DNA of 64,000 nt from Paramecium tetraurelia (taxonomy: Eukaryota): positions 1 through 64,000 of the forward strand of contig CT868230.1 of NCBI GenBank assembly GCA_000165425.1. Reading direction: 5' to 3'. The notes under the pieces are model-generated. The model ran no database searches. It was not told the origin of the DNA and was given only the letters and a program-made list of their open reading frames with translations. Made by a program: the position numbers and the translations under genes. Below are positions 38,781-53,834 of this stretch, one piece after another (position 1 is the stretch's first letter; every line of letters begins with the position of its first letter).

Positions 38781-39609
38781 ATGCAAGATAAATCGAATAC
38801 AAATTCAAGTGTCCAAGAATCGTATTCTCCTTAGAAGCCAGCAGAAGGTGGAGAGAAAAAGAAGAGAACCAGAACTCGTAAGTACAGCGATGCTCAACGC
38901 GAACACAAGTGTGAGTGTGGAAAGTCATACTTGAGCTATCCTGCCCTCTACACACACATGAAATAGAAACATAATGGGGTTTTCAAATTACTTAATACTG
39001 TAGTAATCATTGAAGAACCTGGATGAACAAAGGTTGGAATCAACATTTTCAGAGTCACAAACTTAGGACATCTTTGCCACTCTTGCCAATGCCTTAGGTA
39101 AGGAGGAAGATAAATCTCAGACTTCCTTTAATAATGAAGATATGTACGATCTAATCAATTGGGAATTGTAGTTATAAATGATGGAGACCGACAATAAACT
39201 TATCAAATTGGATTACTATCGCGAACTTATGAAACCAACGCAACCTGCTGATATAACTACTCCCCAAGATGCATTTATAAGGTTTATTCACGAACTCAAA
39301 GGAGTCCTTAGTTATGAATAGATGAAGCTTATCTTTCTCTTTGTGTACTCCTTTCGGAAACTTCTGATCGACTATCCAGACTGTCCTACTAGTGGGTTAG
39401 TTGAAAAGGCGAATTAGTTAATATGTTCTCAGTTGGATAAAGTACTTTAAAGTATCCAATAATTATCAAATCGAAATTACATTGTACATTTATGTAGAGT
39501 ACCCAATCTGAGAGAGGTAATGATCAAAATAGTACTTGGATTTTGTAATTGGCTATATGCTCGTCATTTGACTGATGACAAATTACTTCTGAAGAGCGAT
39601 TCTGATTGA
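38781..39609 (+). CDS. Single C2H2 zinc-finger protein (ciliate-type)
   Basis: Basic KKKRTRTRK followed by HKCECGKSYLSYPALYTHMKQKH; intron ~38979-39003; TGA 39607-39609. Confidence 0.88.
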
Positions 39610-39629
39610 TTTTTTATATCAAAAATAGA

Positions 39630-40933
39630 AATCATTCTTGAGAAGCAATCTCTCTTCCTCCTATATATGATTTATCATTCTTCTATTTGCTATTAATTAT
39701 TCTTCCCTTCAATATTCAAATGAATTGAGTAGCCTATATTTATTATAGATGGATCATTAATGTAATTTTGAGGATTTAACTCAGACTCATTTAATTGTTC
39801 ATACCTTAAACTCTCTTTTAGTTTTCTCTCTTAAATCCATAAAAATGACATCAAATTCTTCAAAACAACATTCCTTAACAAAAATGAGAGCAATTAAACT
39901 CCCTTCTCAGTTTTGATATAATATCATTTTTGATAATTCCAGTCACTATACTCTTTACAATACACAAAATACCACTGTCCTATTTAGATAACGCAAGTTT
40001 ACGAAGGCTTTTCTTCTAAAGAATAACTTTTACCATTATCTACTCAATTTCATCTTTTTTTATCTGAATGTAATCCAATCTAACCTATAGAGTAACTTTT
40101 TGTTCAGTATATAATAATCTTAAATTGATGATCTACACTCATTATTGTATGTGTGGATTCTTCCACTTATTCATAACATATGAAATACAACAGTTGTTAT
40201 GTCATAACTTTAAACTTAAATTTCTTTAATTATTTTTTGATGTCGTAATATTTCGTAATTTACTTATTAAAATGGCTTATATAAAATCAATAATCGAATA
40301 ATAATCACATAAATGCTTCCCTGATACCATCGAAATTGAAATTATCAATATCTTTATTATACAGAACACCTTAATAATTAGTCTTCTTATTCTTTGTTTT
40401 ATTCGGTAAATTTGAGTAAATAGAATTCAGAAACTCTAAAAATGATAAATTATTTAGTATAATGAAAATTTATTTTGGGATCAAAGTTGATTGAATAGTA
40501 AATAATTTTATATTATTTAATTACTGATTTAAATAGTATTTAAAGTCTAAGACTAGAATACAATAAATTACAAATTGTAAACTGATATGAGTATTTTCAA
40601 TCAGATTATTTTCATTCTCAGATAAATGAATCAATTTATTTGTCATATTTTCTGATTAGTTCATAGTTTAATTTAAAAAAATCAAATGTTTAAATAGAAT
40701 TATATTATAAATTCTAAATTAGTCTTCTATTTAAAATAAAATGATGCAATTGTTCTCATTTTAATTATATAATAATTCCATTAAATTCCTCAATGATTTA
40801 ATAGAGTGCTTCTTTCGTTATTTCTTCTTTTATTAAAATTTAAATTAGAGCTTTTCTCTTTTCTAAACATAAATACTATCAACTTAAATACAGGACTAAT
40901 AGATTTTTGTATCTATTAATTCTACATGCCCAT
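39630..40933 (-). pseudogene. Probable decayed gene
   Basis: Starts MGMQKLIDTK at ~40933 with coding-like composition, but several TGAs and frame switches follow; no domain recognised. Confidence 0.3.
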
Positions 40934-41078
40934 TTATAAGTATTTTTCTTATTTTTAATATATATAAAATATTTAAATTTTTATATAGTTAGGGCTAAAA
41001 TAATCAATTAAATTATTCTCCGAAGATTATAAAATAATTAAGCTAAATTCATTTTAAAAATAAATATAATTATATAAG

Positions 41079-43879
41079 TCAAACCTTTTATTGTATAAAT
41101 TCTTAGTATCTTTACAACCTTTCTTTGGCATCTATACTTTAAGGATAAGTACTATGAATCTAAAATATTTTATTAATTCTTACCCTGTTCTTATAATTTT
41201 GCAACTCTTCTTTTTATATTATGAATTGCTTAGCCAATTGATCTTACTATTCTTAATTTATAGCTTATATTGCTTGCTATGAGGAATCTGCTTATATTTA
41301 GTTATCATATGGTTAATCTATTTTCGAGATTGACTATCCTTATATATAATCATTTAATTCAATTTCTCCCATTTAAAAATATAGCCGATACAATTATTCT
41401 AGAGAATATAATAATGACGATTGAGGATTATCATCATTTATATTTATTTCCATCTAGTCTAAGATCCTAGCCCTCTATAATATTATTAATCTCCAATTAT
41501 CTGATTTCTCTGTATCTTTAGCAATCTTATTTTATTATTCGTCCATCTCTGATTTTAGTTTCCTTATTAAGTCTTTCTTCATATTGTTCTAATCAAATTG
41601 CTAAGCTAACAAAAGTTGAGACCTCAGTTGTTCAGAGTCCACTAAAAACTTTTTTTTCATCTGATTTATTTTCTCTTTATTAGTCAGATACAGTTGTTTT
41701 TCTCTATTCAAAGCAACCCTTTCATCCAATAGAATTAGTTTCCATTTGCGCCTAAATCATTTAGAAATATAATTACATTTATGTTACATTCTCTTCTATT
41801 ACAACACTTTAATTCATTGACAAATTATTTTAAATATTGATTTCTGTTCCAAAATACTAAGGTCCTGTTTATCTAAACATGTTACTCTAAAACTTTGAAT
41901 TGTCAATACTTTGATTAGCTGCCAATTACTATCTTAATTCATGGAAACTTTATATCATGCTTTGCATCATTTGTTGTCTCTAATTGAACTCTTAGTTTTA
42001 TCGTATACTTGACTAAAACTACTATTCTAATAACTCTAATTCTTTTTCAACTTTTTTATCATCCAACTTATATTATTCAACCAAAAATTGCAAACGATCT
42101 AATTCAAATTTGATGACATCCCTTTATTTCAATTCATTTTATAAATCATATTTTGAAATTACAACATTCAAACTTGTTACTTTCTCTTCCATTTCCCCTT
42201 TTTTTCTCTTCATCTATTTTATTTCTTCTTTCAACTCTTATATGAGACTTTTTGTTTAATTAATATCCATACATAAGTCAATCTCCTTTCCATTTCCCAA
42301 TATTTTACCTGTCTTCTTCTCATAATCTTTTTATATCTTCTCTAACTTTACCCTTTAAGTATCCTCTAGCATTCTTTTCATTTCCTGATATTTCTCTTTC
42401 TTTTAGACTTCAAAATTTATGAGTTAATTTTGTAACTATTAAGTGAATTTCTCATTTTATTAAGCAACTCTTTTAGCATTCTCTTACTTTTTCTATTCAA
42501 TGTCTATATTCTTGTATTCAAATATTTAAGACTACAAAATCTGAGATTCACTCAATTCAATATTTTACAATTAATCATTAAATGTTAATTAACTCTAATT
42601 AAATTTTGGATCATATTGACTCCTGATCTCCTCCTTTATTGATCTTATCATTCTCTAATTTTCTTCCTATAGATCTACTATTTCAAATTTGTATTCTCTC
42701 TTAACTTTATCAAATTCATTAGTTAATTTCCTCTTAATAGCCTCCTACTCTAATCTTAATTTTCTAATATTCTCTTGATCTATTTCCTAAATCTTTTAAT
42801 AAATTTCTTAATTGTATTCCTTTTTGTATTTATTCAATTGATTTTCAACATTCTTTTTCTTCTCCTATATTTATTTCATCCATTTAGAATCTGATTCAGA
42901 CAATTCCTTCTATCTTTAATTAATTCTTTTGACTATGTCTTTCTATTGTCCCTGCAATTCCTACTCCAACATTCTTAATTTATTCTTCAATGATCTCTCT
43001 TGCTCATACTCATAATTCTCCAAATTGTGTTCTAATTATTTTTATTATATATTTTTTTGGTTGTTTATGCTCTACTCAATTTCATCCTCCACTTTTCTTT
43101 TGGCCTTCTTTTTCTTCTCCTCCTAATTCTTGACCAAATCCTCCTTCTATCTCTCATATTCTTCCTTCAATCCAAATAACTCAGGATCTGCCTCGTTCAT
43201 CAAAATCATCTCCATTTTATTCAATTTTGCCTTGTTTTCCTCTTTCAACTTGTTTACATCCTTCTTCTTCTCCTCCTCGTATTCTTAAGCTTAATAAGCA
43301 AACTCTTAATCAACTTGAGATAATAAATTCTGAGTTGCGGAAGGCTACATAGGATTTTGCATCACATAGCCTTTATTTTAGTAATATTCATTAGAGTTCA
43401 TCATCATAGATTCAGTATCATCCTCTCCATCCTAAGCATTTTATACCCTATATTTTTCAATATCATTTTTGAATTTATTAATCCCAGTCGATTTCTGGCA
43501 TAAAATATTCTAAATACTTTTTTCTTCTGATTCTGAAGATCAATCTATTTAGCTTCCTCATATTTCTTTGAATAAATCATGTCGCAAGGGTGATCATAAA
43601 TAATTTCCCCAGTCTTCCTATTTTTATAGTAAACTTAATCGATCCCATTAATCTTCTTAGAACAAATCTTCCATTCATCAGGTAACTTGGCCTTTAGACC
43701 CGCTTCTGCAATATCCAAATATTTATTGTCTTCAGGTAAATTCATCCCCAAATGAATTGCATATTCCCGAATTTCTAAATATTACATTAATTTTAACCTT
43801 GCTTCGTAGGAGAATAGTCCTCCATGATTTCTTCTTCCAATGTTAAAGTCTCATCATCATCATTAAAACTTCTATTCAT
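41079..43879 (-). CDS. CEP164: CEP164-like centriole distal appendage protein (WW-containing N-domain + long coiled coil)
   Basis: EEIMEDYSPTKQEIREYAIHLGM...IAEAGLKAKLPDEWKIC...VYYKNRKTGEIIYDHPCD matches the CEP164 N-terminal domain pattern; ~800 aa E/K/Q coiled coil; TGA 41079-41081. Confidence 0.85.
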
Positions 43880-44298
43880 TTAATGATTCAAATCGTACTT
43901 TTAACTTAATTATACTATATTAAAATTAATTCATAAAATTAATCCGTAATCTCCAATCTAAACTAGATATCTTTAAGATGCCTTTAAAAGAATGGTTGCA
44001 ACGATCTCTTCATTTAGATTTTTCAGCAGGAGAAAAGAATATAAACTAATGTAAAAAGTCTACTATTTTAAAATTACATTGAAATTATTGATACTTCATT
44101 TGATGCCCAAGGGATATAAATTTGGAGCATCTTTGAGAGCTTAGAGAAGGAATCATTAATTTATTAACAAATTGAGTTAAAAAGTTTTTTAAATTTAATG
44201 CTCCTTGATTGTATTTACACTTAGAAGTCTCTTAATCCCTCAATATAATGATTGAGAAATTTATTAGCCACGAAAACTTAATACATAATTCATATAAA

Positions 44299-46256
44299 TC
44301 AAAATTATCTAAGTTTTTCGTCAAACTTGGAATGTGTTGTGTAAAAGGTTTAAAGCATCCCTTCACTCATTGACTTATGAGTAGATCTTTTAGGTTACAG
44401 TTTATAGAACTCACTTTGAGTTCTCTGTTATTGTACATTGATTCTATCTCTTGGCAACTTGTACCTATAGTAAATAACCAAGATAATACAGTTATTCTAA
44501 TGATCCATTATGTCCTCGATTTTACGAGACACGGACAGGAGGAAAGTACCCAATTTTAGCATTAGCTTTACCCCAATCTTTTGAGTTGAGTAATGATTAA
44601 TTAAAAGTATCAATAGGATTTCTAGTTTAATTGAAATTTACTAACTTATTTAATGGTTCATTTTTTTTAATTGTTTGGCTTGGTGTCTCAGGTTTGTTAG
44701 GTTAGACAAGAAGGTTTTCGAGTAATTTTGCATTTTTAGTCAATATTTTTTCTTATTTAGTATCTATTTTCTATTAGCTAGTTTTATTAGGAGAGAATTT
44801 GTTCATGACAAGATGACTTTCATTGAACTGAACTGTCTTTTCGAGTTTAGTATTATCTAAATTCTTTTTTGTTTCTACAGTTTCTTAGGGTATAAATTAG
44901 GATTTAGTTTGCTATTAAAATGGTTTACCATTGTCAGTTAACAATTTATATTCTGTTCGAGTTAATCTAATTTATTGCATTTACTTAGTTATATCATCAC
45001 CAGGTAAAAAGTTTTATCCTGACAATCTATATTGTAGTTACTCAGCCGAATCACTAACTTGATGTCTGATTCCTTCCTTGTATCTCTGTTCATAGATAAG
45101 CTTAACGCCATTTGTCATAGAGAAGGTATCATATGGTAATTAAGCTCCTCTGTCAATTCGAAGACCTTTATCTCCAGTTGCATCTTTGGCTGCATCCTTT
45201 CGATCTATTATATTCTTATATAATTCACGATATTACTTTATTTGGTATATCTGCTGTTGTTTTTGGAGGGATTGGTAATGGTTGTTAAGTTTAGATGACC
45301 TACTTACTTCCCTTTTTGGAATTAGTTTGAGGAATATTCTACTAATTAGTTGTTTTTGGAACATCTTTCAAATCAACCTTAATTTTTAAAGCAGTAGGTT
45401 ATAATTTATCATATATGACTCCTTTTGATAATAAGATCTTGCCATCATAATCATAAGTGTATTTGTTGGAAGATTACTCTTTTTTCTAAGCTAATATTAA
45501 TTTTGTACTTAATTTTAGATGATTTCTTCTTTGATTTTCTATTCAATTTCATTCTTCTTCTTGATATCATAGAGTTTCTTCTATCTCAATTTATCAACAA
45601 AATCATCTTCCTCTTCATCTACTTGAAATTCAATGAGTCTTATTTCTGAATGACTTGATTTGGGAGGTGCACCAGCAAATGGTTTTTTCCTTTCCAAAAT
45701 TGAAAATCTTTACCTGTTATTTTTTGAGCTATTGTGTTGGGATGGAGATTCATTTTCAACTTACTATTCTTGATCCTCTGAGAATGACTAACTCATTTCT
45801 TCAATGTTGACTCTATTTCTCCTCCAACGATCATAATGTATTACATTCTTTTATTACACTCAATATACATACAGGCTCGCTGTCTTCTGGCATATTACAG
45901 CCTTCTATTGTTAAACCATCTTGATTGAAATAACTCGCAACGATCCTTTCCATGATTGTCATTACTTATGCATTGGAACTGATGGGTACTTGAGTTTGTA
46001 TGAACTAGATAAAAAGTATGGAATACTTGTTCTTCTGCTATTTTCAATGATTGTTTGATGACATAAGATGTTATTTATTTTGAGATGATGAATGATTAGG
46101 CGAAGATTCCATTGAATTCAGAAGTCATGGATGAATAAATCTATATTTAAGATTTCCCCTTACTTGTTCCATGTTAAATTGAGGCACTTGATCATCTCCT
46201 TCGATGTCACATTCATCCCTTTCTGAAAACTCATCTCCAATTACACTATTGCTCAT
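44299..46256 (-). CDS. Hypothetical protein
   Basis: ATG 46256 MSNSVIGDEFSERDEC; several tiny introns; motifs PYDTFSMTNGVKL and NPIDTFNQSLLNSKDWG; TGA 44299-44301. Confidence 0.75.
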
Positions 46257-46396
46257 TATAATTATTATTATAAATTGTATAATTATTTTTAACTCATTCA
46301 TTTCAAACATATTGGTCTTAGTCAATCAAATTTTATCCATTTTTGATGTTGAGAATATATGTATATGAAAGTATTAATATAAATATATTAAATTGA

Positions 46397-48545
46397 ATGT
46401 TCAAAAAATCTATCGGATGTAATAATCAATAGCATTTAAAGTTTTTAAGAATTTCGATATTTTTGGGCAAAATATCCAATTGAATTTCAATGGTGATGAT
46501 TCTTACCAAACAGCCACAGGAGGTATTTTTTCGATTACGATCATCGCTGTCATTGCCTTCTTTTTCTAACAAAATATTGTAGATTTCTTGAGTAAAAATT
46601 ATGTCAATTTGGATGTACAAACCTTATTTGATGCGAATCCAGATGATATTCTCTTTAATGACGATAATTACATGTTTGCATTAGCCATTGAATAAAGCAA
46701 ATTTAACACCAATCCTTACTTCAACATCACTCTTAAATAAAGAATCTATACAAGATTAAACAATGGAACAACAATCAAATAAGATTCATTCATAGATCTG
46801 ATACCTTGCACTATTGACAGATTTCAAAACATATTTAATAATTAAAATTTCACCGATCAATTTATCTCTCTCGGATTGTCAGAATGGTTATGTCCTCAAT
46901 ACAATTATTCAATCAGATTATCGGGAGGATACACCAGTTAACTATTTTAATTCACAAAAGTAACTGTCTCTGAATGTTCAAATAATACTGACAATAATGA
47001 AATCCTAACTTGGAAGCCAAAATGCGCAAGTTCATCTGAAAGAGATGCTCATCTAAACAATGATCGCTCATTCAGAATTAAGATGTACTTTTCTCCTTTT
47101 TATCTAATTAGGTATATGACTAACACCATCATTAATCCATTATAACCAAAAAATATATCCTAAGTCTTCCTTGATGATGAACTCTTCTTTTCCTTCATTT
47201 TGCAAACTGGAACCGAAACCGATGTCTTTTATTAGAAGTATAATGTCACTACTAATCAAAACATATTCCCCTACATCGAAGATAATCAGGAACAGTTATT
47301 CAACATCAAACAACAAGGAGATTTTAGAGTCAACAATGTCTAAAACAGCGGTTCATCCTACTCTGCCATTTACATGAGAAGAAGTCCATACACCTATTAA
47401 GTCAAGAGAGATTTTCAAGATTTAGCAGATTTACTCTCCTATTTGGGTGGTTTTGCCAACATTGTTGTCATGATCTTTGGGTTTTTTATATCCTTTTACA
47501 ATAAATCCTAATGTAAATACTCAATCCAAATTATGTAGTCATGATAGAATTGGCAAATTAAGTGTACGATTTCCCAATTAAAAATATAAATAACATCGAT
47601 ACTCAGTAGAGAAAAGAAATCAAAAAGACCATAGCTAGAGCCAAAAGCAGAACAATTATATTAAAACCAAATACTCAAAATTCATAATTATAATCACCAA
47701 AATATAACCAAAATCAATAATTTATTAACAATGATACCCCTAAATAAGATGATTAATGCGTGACAAAATAGGACGAATAGCACACTTTTTAATAAGAGCA
47801 AGAAAAAATCATTTAGTAATTAGGTATCACTAATAGAAAGAGCTATTTAACTTAGTAAATTGAAAAGATCTTAAATAGAAGTCGACCTATTTTCTTTAAT
47901 TGTAGATATATTTTATACCAATTATTCTGTTAAAGGTTCTTCTATGATAGGAACAGTATACTTCTATAAAAGGCTATGTATATCAAATTATAACTATTTT
48001 AGTAAAAATATCAATCAAGACTTAGATCTTTGTGTTATTATCGATAAGGTCAAAGAAATTAACTTGTTGAAAGAACTGTTATTAACTGAAGACCAACTAG
48101 TGTTATTTGACTTTGCTCCCAAAGAGGTTATCAATTTAGAAGAGGACAAAAAGTAAACTACGAGAAGTTTAGCCAGGAACACTTTACGAAATTTTCACCA
48201 GATATCCAGTATTCTTAACACTAAGGATGAATAAAATAAGTCTAATCAATCGATAAATACTTATTATAAGCTTTTTTAGGTGATAGCTCAATTATATTAT
48301 AGGCTTATGATCGAATGCATTAAGCCTTGTAATAGAATGATAAGATCAATGAAAAATTGATTGGGAAGTTGGGACAAGAAGTTAGAGATATTTTTGAAGT
48401 TTCTCAGTTTATTTAATGGGAAAATAACAGGAAAATGAATAGTGAACCTTTGGATGATGAGTTTTAATGCGATTCCGTAAACTCCGATCCTCCATGCATT
48501 ACTAGTCTAGATTAATTTAAAGTTAATTTTAAATTAAATAGTTGA
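46397..48545 (+). CDS. Ciliate two-TM protein with large Cys-containing ectodomain (paralog A)
   Basis: FDIFGQNIQLNFNGDDSYQTATGGIFSI-TM1; LIPCT..RF, WLCP; RRSPY...LADLLSYLGGFANIVVMIFGFF-TM2; DLDLCVIIDKVKEINLLKELLL; 4 introns; TGA 48543-48545. Confidence 0.88.
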
Positions 48546-48783
48546 TATTTTAATAATATAATAATGTAAATTTATTTTAGGATCTTTCACTTTCCAATGA
48601 AAGTTTATTCTTAAAATATAAGATTATGTACAAAACTAAACTAAACAATTCTGAAAAAAAAGAAATATCTGTAAACTTTCCTAAAACAATGTCTTTTATA
48701 TTATAATAATAAAAAAAAGAATCTATAGAAAATAATTTATTTCAAGTTAAATAGCTATATAAAATATATTATTTATTATACTA

Positions 48784-51700
48784 TCATTACTAGACTTATT
48801 ATTAATCTTTTTTTTTAGTTAATACTTTTTTAACCTATTAAGGTTATGCTTATTGTTTAATTTATTATTAGGGATTCTATTTTTCTTCTTTCTCTTCAAT
48901 CTACTAAGATTATACATTTTGATCTTCTCCATTAGTTTATTTCTATGTCTGCTTTAACTATTCCACTTAAGATTGCAAATCTATTTACTATTACAATTGA
49001 AATAGTTTTTTAATTTCTTTTTAAGCCTCATCTTCATTTTAATCAATGTTCTCTTCCTTGATTCCTTGCAAGGGTTAATTGGTGATTAAATTAGGTTATT
49101 CTTAAACAAGCTTTTATAGCAATTCTAAACCCTGAGGAGCATCCTTATCTTTTACTAAGACTTTTGGTCTGGTTTCAACAGGTAATTCAACTAATTGTTT
49201 GAATGGATTCTATTCTTTTAGTTGGTCATGGCATTCAATGGCTCTGGATTTGAAGTCTGGCTTATAAACTTTAGTCCATAAATCCCAAAACTCTCCTTTA
49301 TGACATCCTTTCTTGGCAAGATTCAACCTCCAATCTTCACTAGATAGATTAAAGATGTCTGTAAACTTGCAGTTTGAACATGACAATAAGTCATATCTTC
49401 CACCAAGATTAGTGAACCCAATGTATTTCTAATCCCATAAAACTTGAACCATAATTTCCTTTTATTCCAGCAATCCAACTACAGTACCATATATGCCAAA
49501 TGGATAGTTCAAGTTCACAACTCTGTCTCCAATTTTATGAATTGTGGGATGTTTGATAAAGAATGGAGGAAGGAAGGTCTAAGTTGTTTATTAAACTGCA
49601 AAGCCAGGATCTACCTTTTCCATAGTGTTTATATTATTATTTTGGATTGGTTTTTTATGAACCATAATTTCAGCAACTTTTGATGAACTACCTTGTAATA
49701 GATACTAAGATTCAGGCAATTACAAAATCCAAATATAAATTTTAAGGAGATCAATATTAGGATCAGTAGAGTTAGGAAACAGATCCTTGGCATTAATAGG
49801 ACAGTTTCTTTAACTATCATTCAACTAATTTAGATATTGTTAAACTCTTGAACATTGGTTTCTGTATTTGCATAGTATAGTAACACATTTTTCAGATAAC
49901 TCTAGATCTTTGAATTTCTGATACTTAGATGATCCAGTTGCATATTAATCAGCCTAAGGTAATCTGACTAATTCTGGGACTAATTGATTGTTAGTTCTAT
50001 TAATGATGTTCAATCCAATATCTAATTGGTCGGCAATCTTTGATTCCTTGTCCTCCATATTTACTACTACACTGCCAAGTAAATTCAATAATGTTTTAAC
50101 AGAACATTGAAGTTTCTCACTAACAATTTGTAAAGAATAATAAATGTCAGAGTGAATATAATCATATCCCAATAAAGTTGGAGATGCTGTGATTTGGACA
50201 GTTAATTTTTAATCAATTTGCTTGATGATTCCATTGGCTCCATTTTGCTTTTCATGGAAAATCACAACTTATCGATCAATCTGGAAATCTTCGAAATTTG
50301 GGATAATATATTTAATCTTATGATCAGTAAATACAAATTCATAAGGATATACTAATTCTCTATATTGTTCCTATGGGTAACTTAATTGATTATTATTATC
50401 TCTGATGTAATGTTTATATTGTTTTACAATCAAAAATATTGTGCAATCTAATTTCATGAATTTCTCATATTGATTTAAGGTTTTGTTTCTTATTTCTTTA
50501 TATATCTTGCTATGATCCTTCTTGCTGTAATCCTTTAGCAATTAGACTGATGCCAATTTAACTCCTTCAAGTAAGTTTAAATGATCAGGCCTGAGAATAG
50601 CTAGCACTTCGCATTATTATTGTATAGGGAAACCACAATAGACAAAGTTCTTATTTTTGATCACATCCTAAATAAATTAATCGAAATCAAATTTAGCCGA
50701 TTGCAGCTCTAATAGCAAGTACTGATTCTCAAATTTCTTCATATCATCTTCGTGCATTTGTATGTTAACCAATTTCGATGACTTAATGTTTACTACTTGT
50801 AATGTAGGAATTTAGAAAGTATTTTCAAATTACTCCATAATTTATTATTATCCACATGCTATTTAGCATTATTCTTTATCGTCAATATCTATAAACTACT
50901 TCTTACAACAAGACTTGAAGTTGCTGAAGTGTTTGGGCAAAGTAGATTCGTATATCTATTATTGACTTGAATCATATTGATAGAAAATAGATTGAGCTTA
51001 TTAATTCCTTTTATCTTGCGTGTCAGGAACTGAATTATATGCCTCTTCAACAATTTTGCAATCCAAAAAAGGAATCTTCGTGATATGTTGATGTTCATAC
51101 ATTGTACCATAGGAATCAGTTTCAAAGTTTTCAGGATAGTAGTCGATAGGAGTTCTGAGGATTGAGTTTTCCTTGTCTGTTAACAATCTACCATACGGTT
51201 CAGGTAATAGCTAAGCATTTTCTGGAGTTAAGATACTAAGTAGTTATTTAAATGGAGGATATGGTTCGCCCTTTGTTAATAAGATAGGCTCTTCCTTATC
51301 TTATAATTGTTTTACCATGTTTGATACTACTCCAACAAGATCTCCACACAGAGGAGCATAATAATATTTATAATACCATTCCCATGAAGGCACTCCTTTG
51401 AAATAATACTATAACACAAAGTAAATTCCTTCCATGTAATTAACACACATATCTCCCAATTTATCTAGATCTAACTCATCATCTTTGGTAATTTAACATT
51501 TGGCCTTATAATAAAATTTTCTTCCCTCTGTTTATTCTTGGAGTGAAAAGTATTTCAAAATATTATCAATCAATTCTTTTTCTTTTGCAATCACTTACCT
51601 ATTTTAATGTTTAGTGTTTAAATAATTAAGCATCTCTTGTTATCTATCATTAATGCACAGCTTCTCAAATCCTTACAGTAAATCAAGAAGACTTATCAAT

Positions 51701-52718
51701 TCTTTGTAATTGATATCTCCTCTATGAACTAGGTAATCATTGGCATTAGTTAGATGATTTTTGAATAAGTCAACGAGAGGTTCTATGGTTCCTATTCTGA
51801 TGTCAAAACAAAAGATCCTGGGTAGGAAATCATTGCCAACAAAGAAGCACAGCAGAATAAAATCATCAATAATGCGATTAATATCATAAGGAACCTTCAT
51901 TTTATCCTTCAACACTGCAAATTCCAGATCCAAATACTCTCTTACAATAGAAATATTGATCACAAGAAATTCAGGGATTTTGACAACTCTATTTGCTGCA
52001 GCACTGGCAGTTTGTTTGAATTTGAGGTCTTCTCTAATGATGAGAACATTCTTCAACTAAGTTAGTAAGCCTAACATTATTAAATCTGCATCTGCTCCAT
52101 AAATCATATGGACACTGTTAGGATCGCATTACAAATTACGAATGAAACTAAGTAGCTTATGTTCTCCTTCTCCAGGTACATCACAGCCAGAGAAAATGAT
52201 TTTGAGATTCTTGAATTTTGGATCTTCAGAGTATTTTCTCTCAATGTAAAATTTGATCTATTGATTTCTTAATATTTGAATATATAATACAATTGTGTCA
52301 TAAATTCAGTACCAGGACTGAATTGATTATTTTTGTAGGTCTCATTCTTTTGAAATAAACCAATTTATTGAAGATGAGCACTTAAATACTTATATCTCTT
52401 TTATGATTGAAACCGTCTCTGACGCTATTAATTCATTTTAGCACGTGGGGCAACTCCATCAAATGCCAAAAACAGTAATTGCTGAGGATTAACTAGGTTG
52501 ATGATCATGTCCAAATAGTTGAGGATTGAGACCCAAATGTCATCGAAATCTCGTTCTCTCAATTAATCCTTGAATAACACAGTGGGATCAGTTGCACACT
52601 TGTAAATGATTTGATTCATATCTAGATAGAAATAATCTACTCTTTGTGCTCGAGTGTGTTCATAGAGACAGAGAGGAAACCTTCTCATGAGCCAAGAATA
52701 GAAATTGGGAACACCCAT
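48784..52718 (-). CDS. XRN1: 5'-3' exoribonuclease, XRN family (XRN1-like long form)
   Basis: MGVPNFYSWLMRRFP, YLYLDMNQIIY, FDGVAPRAKMNQQRQRRF, PGTEFM, VPGEGEHK, YGADADLIMLGL, FVGNDFLP, PSWEWYY; TGA 48784-48786. XRN1 versus another XRN paralog is inferred from length. Confidence 0.93.
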
Positions 52719-52749
52719 TAATTAAAATATAAAATTTATACGCAAACAA

Positions 52750-53812
52750 ATGTTTAATTCCTACTAGTATGAGAAATAACTTGCATTCACCAAAGACATA
52801 GACAAGATAAAGAAAGGGTATCTTAGGGAACGAGAAGTACGCAAAGGTATGATTCAAATAAACAAATAAAGAATTAAACAATCGATACGCTTAGAATTAT
52901 AAAAAAAGAGTCGAAAATTTTGTTATTAATATGTTGGAGAATCCAATCGTTTGTGTTGACTATCATCAACCTAATCAATCGGCATTCAGAGACGAGGATC
53001 CCTCCAAGAATTTAGGAGACCCTCAATTCTATGTCAAGGGTTTCAAACACGAAAAAGACCGTATCTAAGAAGCCCTCGACAAGAATAAGGATCTGGACTT
53101 CCTACCCAACCGATAAGTAGCTCACTATTGTTTCCGAGAAAGGGATCCCTCCAAAGACATCAAGCGTGACATTTTTCGATACAGAGATAAAACAAGTTTG
53201 GAAAGAATCGAACAGTTCCTCAAGGATCACACGCAGACTCAAGTTGAAAATCAGAAATTCCCAAAAAAGAAGTTGTTTAATGTTGAAACTCTCTCTGACA
53301 ATATGACTTCTTAAGATCGTAAAGCCTACATCAGTAGATTAGTGGCCAAAAACCTTTTGCCTTCTCTACATCAAAAAACTCATTTCTAAGCTGCCTCCAC
53401 TATGTACAATAATTTGCCATGTATACTATTTGTCTCTCCCTATCTCTAGTATCCCTTATGGACCACACCAGATCACTACCTTAAATGAAGCAGTTAGACA
53501 CTGAAGAGAAAAGTAATCAAATCATACTATTTAGAATCTCAACAATAATAGAGAGAAGTTTAGAAGACTGAAGAGAATGATAATAAGGACAATAAGGCCA
53601 AGCAAAATAATGAGATGGAAACTTTTAATCCCATTGAAACCTCCAAGGTCATTTTGGAGAGGTGTTAAGTTATCAGGAATAAAAATCCTAAAACTCATGT
53701 CATCCACAAAGGGGAAGGTCATCTCATATCCACTCTTGATAAATCCATACAAGAAGTTTACAAAGAAATTTATGGAATAGACTTCAGTGAACCCAAGTTT
53801 TTTCAAAAGTGA
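52750..53812 (+). CDS. Hypothetical protein
   Basis: ATG 52750 MFNSYQYEKQ; intron 52847-52871 joins in frame to ELNNRYAQNYKKRVENF; motif LPSLHQKTHFQAA; TGA 53810-53812. Confidence 0.8.
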
Positions 53813-53834
53813 CTCAAATATAAAATTTAAATAT

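Noticed and set aside
43978..44270. Short plus-strand ORF-like stretch upstream of CEP164
   Set aside because: Frames are interrupted by TGA and there are no homology cues.
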